Positions 40,704-52,700 of a DNA stretch of 64,000 nucleotides are shown piece after piece. The position numbers and the translations under genes are program-made. Source of the stretch: Lytechinus pictus. Taxonomy: Eukaryota. Every line of letters starts with the position of its first letter. Position 1 is the stretch's first letter. The stretch spans positions 12,030,001 to 12,094,000 of the forward strand of contig NC_087250.1 of NCBI RefSeq assembly GCF_037042905.1. Reading direction: 5' to 3'. The notes beneath the pieces were generated by a model, which was not told where the DNA came from, made no database searches, and saw only the letters and a program-made list of their open reading frames with translations.

Positions 40704-43700
40704 GTAAGGTCTTCTCTTAAAGGGGAAGTTCACCCTGATAAGAAACTTATAGCTAGTAAAAGCAGAAAAAAATATTCATTTATTTATTTATTTATTTATT
40801 TCGTTTTATACAGGGTAGCCCCATCAGTAGTCTTGTACTGTTTTCAAGGGGGCCCTGTAAACAAATATTTACAATATATATAACAGATAAACAAAGTACA
40901 TAAGGAAAAAATAAACAGAACATGAAAATAATCAGAAGTGAATGCATGGAAAAAAGATAATGGTACCGGTACATAAGACATTTAAGTACAATGTACGAAA
41001 GTAATGTTGATTCATTTAGATTTCAATCAGCATTACAATACAGGAAAAAGCAAACCCCTCCCCCTACATTTCAATTATTTAAATTCAGGTAAAGAGAGAA
41101 AAATATCATTAATAATTATATATTGATTATGTAATTTCCTTCAGGGGTGCACGATACGGTTTAGACCACAATGCCCCAAACCTCACGCCTTGGTTTGGAT
41201 TCGATCCCACGTCCCTCTGATTGAAAGACGAGTCGTAACCACTAGACCACAACGCCCCAAACTCCACGCCTTGGTTGGGATTCGAACCCATGTCCCTCTG
41301 ATTGAAAGACGTGTCGTAACCACTAGACCACAATGCCCCAAACATCACGCCTTGGTTGGGATTCGAACCCACGTCCCTCTGATTGAAAGACGAGTCGTAA
41401 CCACTAGACCACAACGCCCCAAACTCCACGCCTTGGTTGGGATTCGAACCCATGTCCCTCTGATTGAAAGACAAGAGTCGTAACCACTAGACCACAATGC
41501 CCCAAACCTCACGCCTTGGTTGGGATTTGAAGCCACATCCCTCTGATTGAAAGCCGAGTCGTAACCACTTGACCACAATGCCCCAAACCTAACGCCTTGG
41601 TTGGGATTCGAACCCAAGTCCCTCTGATTGAAAGACGAGTCGTAACCACTAGACCACAACGCCCCAAACTCAACGCCTTGGTTGGGATTCGAACCCACGT
41701 CCCTCTGATTGAAAGACAAGAGTCGTAACCACTAGACCACAACACCCCCTCCCCTCTCCCCCTCTGCCTCCCCCTTTAATACTTTAATATGTCTTAACTG
41801 TCTTATTTCACATTTGATGAAATTTTCAACATTATGGTTGTTGGGGTTTTCTCTATTGATTCAAATCACCATTTTTTGGGGGTAGACTTCACCTTTGACC
41901 ATCTGAAGTCCTCCTTATCTCCAATATTTGTTCAGGTACTCCTCGGACATGTCGTCAGCAACTCAAGATCCTCAAACCTTTGAGAAGGTCTTCTACGAAT
42001 TGGTGGACGAACTCACGGAAGATGACGCCGCTAATCCAGAGATCGCCGATGCAGCAGCTTGGTTCAAAGAGGTAAGACATCTCACCCCTTAACAGGGGGA
42101 AGGGAGGGGGGGTGGTTAATTTGAACCCACCACCTCGCACCTTTGACAAAGTGTGCAACTTCTCTGCCGTGCCAAATTTTGTGACTGCGTAGCTTGCAGA
42201 CTTTTTAAAAGTTTTTGCGCTCTATTTTAAGACAATTGTAAAAATCAGACACACCGTTACGATGTTGGAGGATTTTTTTTACATGTACATGCATGTCAAC
42301 CCCTAAATCCTTCAAAAAGGTTTTTTTTATACAAAATCAATTCATAATGGGTTCATTTTTTTTAAACCAAAAGTCAAACAAAAAAAATGTATGATTATTT
42401 TCACTTTGCTAAAGTGGCCCAGACAAGAATCATACGTAAGAAAGTACAAAATGTTGAAAAATGTGTCTGAGAAATTCACAAAACAATTAATCTTGGAGGA
42501 ATGAGAAACAGAGGCCTTGCTTCGGTGAATGTGTTCAGACAGTAGGCGAGCAACGTTGCGATCCTTTGATATCAGATGCAGGTTTGCAATGTACTGGGAG
42601 TGCAGGCGTATGGGTCTTAGACACCATTCTCATTATACTCTCTAAAACTAGACTTGAAATCGATTCAGGAAACCAGTTTGGAAGATCGCTTTGCTAGTGT
42701 TCCCGTTTGATCAGCCGAAAGTGGTTTTCAAAACCACTTCATGTAAAGTGGCCTTGTTGCTATGGGAATGCTCTCAGTAGGGATGACATGTTTCGTGCAA
42801 ATTTGAAACCGCAGCGTAGACATTCTATACACATTGTGTGGAGTAGCACGCTCTAAATGTGCGAAGATCGCTTCCCGGAGAACTGTTGTGTCCTCCCTTA
42901 TGCTAAAACCAGTTTAGCGAGGCAGAGCGATCTTGAAAAGTACTTAGGGTGGTGGTTTTCCGAACTGATTTGGAAGATCGCTTTCAAGACGGCTTTGACC
43001 GTTCTCATAACACGTTAAACTAGTTTCCACTATACTCGTTTTATGGTAATAATGAGAACAGGGTCTTATTGTTTTAAATGTGTTGAGAGGAGTTGGCTAG
43101 CAATGTTATGATTCTCTTTAGATGCTGGTTTGCCCGTAGTAAAGTCAGGCAGCTCTTTCTGTATCGAATGTGTTTAGATGGTCGGCTAACAACGTTATAA
43201 TTGCCTTACTATTCAGATACTGGTTTACAATGTATCGGGAATGGCAGAGCGGCGGAGCAGAGGATTATCTTTTGTGTTTGGGGGGACGTCTATTGTTGCG
43301 TCCCCCCCAAACACAAAAGATAATCCTCTGCTCCGCCGCCAATGGGGAATGGGTCTTTCTTTAGTGAATGTGTTCAGACAGCTAGCTAGCAACGGTGTTA
43401 TTCTTTTATTTCAGATGCTTGTTTACATTGTTCCAGGTTGAAAGAACGAAAAAGGTCCAAGTACTCTGATGAATGCGTTCAGACAGTTCACTAACAACCT
43501 TCTGCGTATCTTATTTATTTCAGATGCTGGTTTACAATGTTCCGGGAGGAAAGAGAAACCGAGGTCTTACTGTGGCGAATGCGTTCAGACAACTGGCAAA
43601 CAGCGTTCAAAGCACAGAAGATAACATTCATATAGCAATGGTTCTCGGCTGGTGTGTCGAATGGGTAAATTCTTATCAACAAAGAAATCATATCAGATAG

Positions 43701-46700
43701 AGGGGGGGGTCACAAAGTTTTAATTATGACCCACTTAAATGCAGATGCTTTATGATATGTAATGCGCAATCTTATTGATTAATAATCAGTAGTGCGCGTC
43801 CTCTTGGCATGATCTGACCAATGCAGTCGTGCCTTTTGCAATGCACGCAACTCGGCATTTACGTGCGAGTGCGACTCTAAGTCATACTTAAATATTTGTG
43901 AAGCACCCCCCTGGATCTAGTTGAATTTTAAAAATGTGCCACAGGATTCTGGGAGAAATTGTGTAATTGCTGAGAAATAAGCAAAATGAGAATGACATTT
44001 CACCTTATTGCCAGGTCTTTTTCCAACCAATAATGATACACCGTCCCACATGCGCTTATCTGTGATGGCGATCTCCATTGTGATCATTTTTCACAAAGTT
44101 CAATTTATGTATCTCCACCAGAGCTACATAGAGATCTAGCATAATGTAGTGACAATTAACTTTGACTTTACAGATTTTCTCATGAAATCAGTGTTTACTG
44201 GAACTACTTTCATTTATAATAAGTTCTTCATGTTTCTCCAACAATACCTCAAGGGTAATAACAGCAGTACTGCTGCGTGATGCCTGCGTATGAGAAAAAA
44301 ATCAGAGGCAGACTGCGTTATTTGAACCCACGACATCTGGATTACTAGACCAGTGTCATAACCACTAGACCACCGGAGTGCCCTTTCATTTATCTTTAAT
44401 ACTCATCCTGTTTTTCTCTTCATGTTTTCAGCTACAAGCCTACTTCCTAATAGCCGATGATATGATGGACCAATCAAAGACAAGGAGAGGTCAGCCTTGT
44501 TGGTATAAGAAGGTATGGAGAGACAGGATGGTGGTAGTGATGATGATTATGATGATGATGGTGACGGTGGTGGTGGTGATGAGGATGATGATGATGATGT
44601 TAATGGGGTTTATTATCTATTGGTCTGATACCACTTCGTCCAATTACCAACTCATCTACTACCATTTGGTCTACCATCATTTCGTCCACTGTCCTCATAT
44701 CTAATTGCCATTTCGACCACTCACCATTTCGTCTTATAACCATTTGGTCCAATTGCCATTTAGTCCATATACCATTTGGTCTAATTTGAAAAAGTGTTAA
44801 TAGGGCCAAATGAAAGAAAATTTAATGGATATTGGACCAAATGGTTATGAGACGAAATGATCATAGACGAACTGGTGATTAGACGAAGTGATGATTAGAC
44901 CAAATTGTTATGGACCAAATGGTTTTTAGACGAAGTGTTGATGGGCGGAATGACATTAGACTAAATTAAGTTAGACCACGTGGTGTGTAGATGAGTTCAC
45001 AATAGACGAATTGGCAATTTTACTGATAATGGAAGTGGTGGTGGTGATGATGATGGCGGTGATGTGTGGATGATGATGATGGTGGTGATGATGGTGATGA
45101 TGGTGATGATGATGATGGTGTGATGATGATGATGATGAGGAGGAGGAGGATGACGGTGGTGGTGGTGGTGGTGATGATGATAATATAGATTAGGATGATG
45201 ATGATGATGGCGATAAAAGCGTTAGTTTTGCAGATGCAGTTATTGGAGGACCTTTCACCAAGAACAGAGACAAATCCCCAATATTCTTACACCTCATTTA
45301 TACATTTCCATTCTTTTTGGTAGGATGGTGTGGGAACAGTTGCAATCAATGACTCATTCTACGTTGAAGCCTGCATCTACAAAATTCTCAAGAGATTCAT
45401 TAGTCATCAACCCTACTATGTCCAAGTGATGGAATTATTTCACGAGGTTTGTCAAGGTCTTTGTTGTATTTGCCATTAAAGCAGCAAAAAAAAAATGATT
45501 TCAATTAAAAAAATATGAAAAGGAATAGAATTCTAAGAACAATAGTGGTTTGAAATTGTCATATACTATTTCATTACCCATGTTCAGTTTCCCTTGGCCA
45601 TCTTGGATTTTGGGACGGCACTCTTTTTTCTCGAATCCAAGACCAAAAGTGTTGTCATTTCATTTTGAGATCGGGTAAAAGGACCAAATAAAAGCTGTTC
45701 CCAAAATGAAATAACGGGAAAAGCCATTTTGACAACCCTGAAGTCCACTCCAATTAAATAGGAAAATGAAATTTAAAAAATTACAAATATATGATTATAT
45801 TGCTAGTTTCACTGATTATTTTTATTTGATTTTCAGTGTGATACCACCATCACTTTGGCAGAAATTCACACAGGTAGTTTTGAAAACCGCCGGCTGAAGT
45901 GATGGTTGATAAAGATTTGCTGTATTAAACTTTGCTTGATTTTTTGTACATGAAAAAAGTCCTGGTTTTGTCACAGTGTGCCAAACTTACGCCTGTTGCC
46001 GTGGTTAAGCATGCTATTTTATTCATGAGTCCACTGTTTTGAGCAGTGGGCTCATTAATTCAAAACAATGGACTTGGGAATAAAATAGCGTACTCAACCA
46101 TGGCAACAGGCGTAAGTTTGCTGCCTCGTGACAACAGCATGCATCAGCATTGGACTTTGTTTATGTGGTATTGTAAGCATGATTTATACAGGAAATCTGC
46201 ATACCCCTTGGGTTCAACTCATTTAAAAAAATTCCTTTGAGAATTAGGGTCTTATGGGTAGAACTTGGCTGAAAGGTACCCTTCATTCATCGGCTGAATG
46301 TGACCTGCCTCTCCGAAACCAGCAACAAGTAGTCCAAAATGGTTTCGAGTATGTTTACTTATTTTTAAAAAGCACATCTTATTCTTAAGCCTTAAACGGA
46401 CACATGATCAGATGTGTATCCAGCATCAGATCCTAAAAAGCATTTCATGGGCCTAATTAGGAGACAATAATGACTATTATGCTTGCACATGGGCCCATAC
46501 ATGCTGGATACGCTAGTTCACGATTTCCCAAACTGATCAACAACTACCCACGTAGTTACGTTATTGAATGCAGAATAAATTCAGTGAAAGATTCAAAGAA
46601 TAAAGAGAAAACAGAGTTTCAAGTTTTGGCTTGAAGATAAACACCAGTTGTACGTGGTAACGATCTCAAAATGAGTTCGAATAGAGTCCAATAAAATGAC

Positions 46701-49700
46701 CACCCAAGACGTGTTTGTATGTATAAATTAAAAACATGTGCCAATTGACTCTGGAAAACAATGTGTAATTGCTGACAAATGGGCAAAATAAGCACGGAAT
46801 TCCATAATATGTCGGGTATTATTCCAAGCATTATTAATACACTGTCCCACATATGCGTTTCTGTGTTAGTGATCATTAGAATTATGATCGGTTTTCAGCT
46901 AATATTTCATGATTTCACAAAGGTAAGTTTATTTCAATGTAGCAGAACTAGTTCTATGACAATATGGTAGCATTAAACATGATTTGAAAAGCTTTTTCTT
47001 GAAATTATTATTTGCTGCAATTCTTTTCTTTTACCTTTAACTCAAGTATGAAATGTGCTATCTGTGCAATCTCCAATGATGATTATTGGTGCACTGGACG
47101 CACTGCAAATTAGAGTGAGCACTTTGATAAATTTGTCATGATTATTATTATTTGTTTTATCTTCTTTACGCTTGCAGACGACGTACCAGACGATCATGGG
47201 TCAAAGTTTAGATCTACTGACGTCTCCAGAAAATGACAGGGATCTCAACAGGTTCACGGAACAGAGGTAATTACAGGGTATCGGTGAACCACAAGGTCTG
47301 GGATTCAAATCTCAATGCAGTAATGGTGTCCATGGCAAAGTGTTTATATACAATTGACACTCTTCACCCAGGTGTTGTTGATGGGTTCCCAGTAGAAAGG
47401 ATTTATTTGAATGCTTGAGCACTGGATCAGGGTGGCTGTTCTAAAGCTGGGAGATTGTACGAAGCATGATATAGATGTTGCATATCATACTTGTTTAAGA
47501 GAGTTTGTTTAGGCTTGATATTTTACATAAATTGTAACTTTATATTTAGTTTTATGTCTACTGACTAGCTTTCATTACTTTATATTTTGTTTAATGTCGT
47601 TCTTTTCTATTGTTAATGATGTTTATAATACAATCTGATCTATTTTATTATGTTCTGGACCCCTAGGCAGAACAGAGTGGTAAAAATTACCACTCTGAAT
47701 GGGCAATCCAGCCATTCATATGTATTCATTTTATTTTGTAATTATATCTGATGTATTTTGTTTGTATTTTGCATGTTTTTATGAATGGAAAATAAATACA
47801 ATACAATAAAGTACGTTTTGAAATGGCATACATATTTTCTTCTATACATGAAAAAAAGAAAGAAGAAAATCCATATTTAATGTTCGAAATAGAAATATTC
47901 CGAAAATCAATTTTGCCCAGTTGATTGTGGACCCAGCAGCCACAGACTGTGCAGCGCCAGATTGACTAGGCTCTATCCCTTAAATGTTGAATGCCAAACA
48001 TGGTAGCAGCAACTCCAATCTTTTTACGTCTTTTGGTCTGACGCGGCTTGGGTGTGAACTCATGAGCTCTTCCAACTGAGCTAACACACCGGTCTGTACA
48101 TGTACATACAAACACCCTCAATGGTAATTTTATTGGATTCTATGGGAGATAGTCTTTAGATTGTTACAACAACTGGCATTTATACACTGTGCATATCCAT
48201 TCATTGCATATTTTCTCCTCTTTTTAACAGATATGCTGCAATAGTCAAATGGAAGACTGCTTTCTATTCCTTCTATCTGCCCGTTGCTCTAGCTATGCAT
48301 ATGGTGAGTTATGCAAGCCTTCTTTGAGAATTAAGTAAAATGAAATTTCATTTTAAAGGACAAGTCCACCCTATCAAAAAGTTGGTTTGAATAAATAAGA
48401 GAAAAAAAATCAAACAAGCATAACACTAAATATTTCATCGAATCGGATGTAAAATAAGAAAGTTATGACAATTTAAAGTTTTGGTTATTTTCACGAAACA
48501 ATTATATTCACATCCTGAAATGTGAGCATTGGTATTAAATGAAAAGCTTGCAGGATTCCCGAACGAAAGACACGGCTGAATTTTGACAAGGTGCTTTCAT
48601 CGATGTAAGTTTGAGGGAATCAACGTCATGCCAGGTATTGAATCCATAACTTATGTGTCTCTTGTCAGGTACATACTAATAGCATACTCACCATTTTACT
48701 ATGATACACATGATTTAAAGGATGTATTCAAATTGAGCATCAAAGTTTACATAAGATGAAGGCTATTTTTTTCTCTCGGTGTTATGAGGGTTGTAATGAA
48801 AACGTTTTTTATAAAAAAAACAAATAAAACGTTTTTTATTGTTTTAAAACGTTTTAAATCGTTTTAAAACTTCTTTTTTTCCAACGATCGATGTAATTTT
48901 CCTGTAAATCAATTAAATCATACACTTAATACAGTATGATTTGAGCTCTTGATGTTTGAAATACATTTTTGGAGTAAGTAAGAGATGACTACAATTTTTG
49001 TTACTGAATTTTCAACAGAAAAGTTCATATTTTTCCCCAAAAAACATGTTTTAAAACACACCGTTTAAAACGTGCCAACCCTGGTTATGTTGCTACCAAG
49101 TTATGTTCTTCTTTCAAATCAGGTCGGAATATCAGATGCCAAGTCTCACACCAATGCAAAGACAATCTTACTTCAGATGGGCCATTTCTTTCAAGTTCAG
49201 GTAAGTTACTCTTGTAAGTTCTTGTAATATTGATAGAGAAGCAGAGCGAACAAATGTAGCTGGTTAATTTTCTAGGTTCAAAAAGTGACCGCACACCTTT
49301 TGACAAAAGGGAAAAGTAAGAAAGAAAATTAGGAGATTGGTAACAGCACATTTGGGGGAGGGGGGTGTGGAAGACGGATTGTGAGGTCAGAGAATAAGGG
49401 GTAATGCAATTATATTAATAATAGCAGTATACTTACCCAGGATAGCCACTTCAGTTCCGAAACTTATTCTCCCAGCGGGCCCTGCTACATTATTATTATT
49501 ATTACCCCAGCTTTAGCTCGGCTGCGTAGGCGCTCAAGCTTTCAAGGAATTCCTTCCTACCGGGTACCCAATCGCCTCCCATGGGTTGAGTGCAGCACAA
49601 TGTGGGTGAATTTCTTGCTGGAGGAAACCACGCCATGGCTGGGATTTGAACCCACGTCCATCAGATTGAGAGACGAGTGTCGTAACCACTAGACCACAAC

Positions 49701-52700
49701 GCGCCCAGAGTTAAATAGAAAAGGGATAGAATTCAAAGCAGGGCAAAGATTTCATGGGGGCCGTGGGCGATTTAGTCCCCAAAATGCTCGACCGAGCCCT
49801 GGAAATACCCATTCATTGCAATGTTAAAGCTTACCCAGTGTTGCAGATGTAGGCTCCCAAAATTAAACAAAAATCGATTGAAATTATATGAAAAAAATTC
49901 CTTTCTGTCTTCCTCTTTTTTTTAGGATGACTATTTGGATTGTTACGGTGCTCAAGAGGTCATCGGTAAAATCGGGACGGACATAGAAGAGAATAAATGT
50001 GATCGGTTGGTTGTTCAGGCTCTGAAGGGTTACATCAGAATGAAGAAAGATTCCAATGAAAATATGAATAATTGCTTTCTTGTTTTTCTCTCTCTCTCTC
50101 TGTTTAGGATGACTATTTGGATTGTTACGGTGCTCAAGAGGTCATCGGTAAAATCGGGACGGACATAGAAGAGAGTAAATGTGATTGGTTGGTTGTCCAG
50201 GCTCTGAAGGGTTACCTCAGAATGAAGAAAGATTCCAATGAAAATATGAATAATTGCTTTCTTGTTTTTTTCTCTCTCTCTCTGTTTAGGATGACTATTT
50301 GGATTGTTACGGGGCTCCAGAGGTCATTGGTAAAATCGGGACGGACATAGAAGAGAATAAATGTGGTTGGCTGGTTGTTCAGGCTCTGAAGGGTTACATC
50401 AGAATGAAGAGAGAAAGATTCCAATAAAAATAGGAATAATTGCTTTCTTGTTTTTCTCTCTCTCTCTCTGTTAAGGATGACTATTTGGATTGTTACGGGG
50501 CTCCAGAGGTCATTGGTCAAATCAGGACGGACATAGAAGAGAATAAATGTGGTTGGTTGGTTGTTCAGGCTCTGAAGGGTTACATCAGAATGAAGAGAGA
50601 AAGATTCCAATGAAAATATGAATAATTGCTTTCTTGTTTTTCTCTCTCTCTCTCTGTTAAGGATGACTATTTGGATTGTTACGGGGCTCCAGAGGTCATT
50701 GGTCAAATCAGGACAGACATAGAAGAGAATAAATGTGGTTGGTTGGTTGTTCAGGCTCTGAAGGGTTACCTCAGAATGAAGAGAGAAAGATTCCAATGAA
50801 AATATGAATAATTGCTTTCTTGTTTTTCTCTCTCTCTCTCTGTTTAGGATGACTATTTGGATTGTTACGGGGCTCCAGAGGTCATCGGTAAAATCGGGAC
50901 GGACATAGAAGAGAGTAAATGTGATTGGTTGGTTGTTCAGGCTCTGAAGGGTTACATCAGAATGAAGAGAGAAAGATTCCAATGAAAATATGAATAATTG
51001 CTTTCTTGTTTTTCTCTCTCTCTCTCTGTTAAGGATGACTATTTGGATTGTTACGGGGCTCCAGAGGTCATTGGTAAAATCGGGACGGACATAGAAGAGA
51101 ATAAATGTGGTTGGCTGGTTGTTCAGGCTCTGAAGGGTTACATCAGAATGAAGAGAGAAAGATTCCAATGAAAATAGGAATAATTGCTTTCTTGTTTTTC
51201 TCTCTCTCTCTCTGTTAAGGATGACTATTTGGATTGTTACGGGGCTCCAGAGGTCATCGGTAAAATCGGGACGGACATAGAAGAGAGTAAATGTGGTTGG
51301 TTGGTTGTTCAGGCTCTGAAGGGTTACATCAGAATGAAGAGAGAAAGATTCCAATGAAAATAGGAATAATTGCTTTCTTGTTTTTCTCTCTCTCTCTCTG
51401 TTAAGGATGACTATTTGGATTGTTACGGGGCTCCAGAGGTCATTGGTCAAATCAGGACGGACATAGAAGAGAATAAATGTGGTTGGTTGGTTGTTCAGGC
51501 TCTGAAGGGTTACCTCAGAATGAAGAGAGAAAGATTCCAATGAAAATATGAATAATTGCTTTCTTGTTTTTCTCTCTCTCTCTCTGTTTAGGATGACTAT
51601 TTGGATTGTTACGGGGCTCCAGAGGTCATTGGTCAAATCAGGACAGACATAGAAGAGAATAAATGTGGTTAATTGGTTGGTTGTTCAGGCTCTGAAGGGT
51701 TACCTCAGAATGAAGAGAGAAAGATTCCAATGAAAATATGAATAATTGCTTTCTTGTTTTTCTCTCTCTCTCTCTGTTAAGGATGACTATTTGGATTGTT
51801 ACGGGGCTCCAGAGGTCATTGGTAAAATCGGGACGGACATAGAAGAGAGTAAATGTGATTGGTTGGTTGTTCAGGCTCTGAAGGGTTACATCAGAATGAA
51901 GAGAGAAAGATTCCAATGAAAATATGAATAATTGCTTTCTTGTTTTTCTCTCTCTCTCTCTGTTTAGGATGACTATTTGGATTGTTACGGGGCTCCAGAG
52001 GTCATCGGTAAAATCGGAACAGACATAGAAGAGAATAAATGTGATTGGTTGGTTGTCCAGGCTCTGAAGGGTTACATCAGAATGAAGAGAGAAAGATTCC
52101 AATGAAAATAGGAATAATTGCTTTCTTGTTTTTCTCTCTCTCTCTCTGTTAAGGATGACTATTTGGATTGTTACGGGGCTCCAGAGGTCATTGGTAAAAT
52201 CGGGACGGACATAGAAGAGAGTAAATGTGATTGGTTGGTTGTTCAGGCTCTGAAGGGTTACATCAGAATGAAGAGAGAAAGATTCCAATGAAAATATGAA
52301 TAATTGCTTTCTTGTTTTTCTCTCTCTCTCTCTGTTTAGGATGACTATTTGGATTGTTACGGGGCTCCAGAGGTCATTGGTCAAATCAGGACAGACATAG
52401 AAGAGAATAAATGTGGTTAATTGGTTGGTTGTTCAGGCTCTGAAGGGTTACCTCAGAATGAAGAGAGAAAGATTCCAATGAAAATATGAATAATTGCTTT
52501 CTTGTTTTTCTCTCTCTCTCTCTGTTTAGGATGACTATTTGGATTGTTACGGGGCTCCAGAGGTCATCGGTAAAATCGGGACGGACATAGAAGAGAGTAA
52601 ATGTGATTGGTTGGTTGTTCAGGCTCTGAAGGGTTACATCAGAATGAAGAGAGAAAGATTCCAATGAAAATATGAATAATTGCTTTCTTGTTTTTCTCTC

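Larger units (their letters stand above)
42494..43500 (+). pseudogene. Five decayed partial copies of FDPS exon 3 (four with acceptors)
   Basis: [16 protein letters not shown] near 42495, [10 protein letters not shown] at 42576, AG|MLVCP* at 43122, [10 protein letters not shown] at 43217 and [10 protein letters not shown] at 43415; each ends in an N-x-(F/L)-R-x-x-x-(S/N)-N-like segment. Confidence 0.85.

Noticed and set aside
41127..41745. tRNA gene cluster or repeat-protein ORFs
   Set aside because: The anticodon stem pairs poorly and the units match SINE heads elsewhere in the window; the ORFs arise from the 81-bp period.
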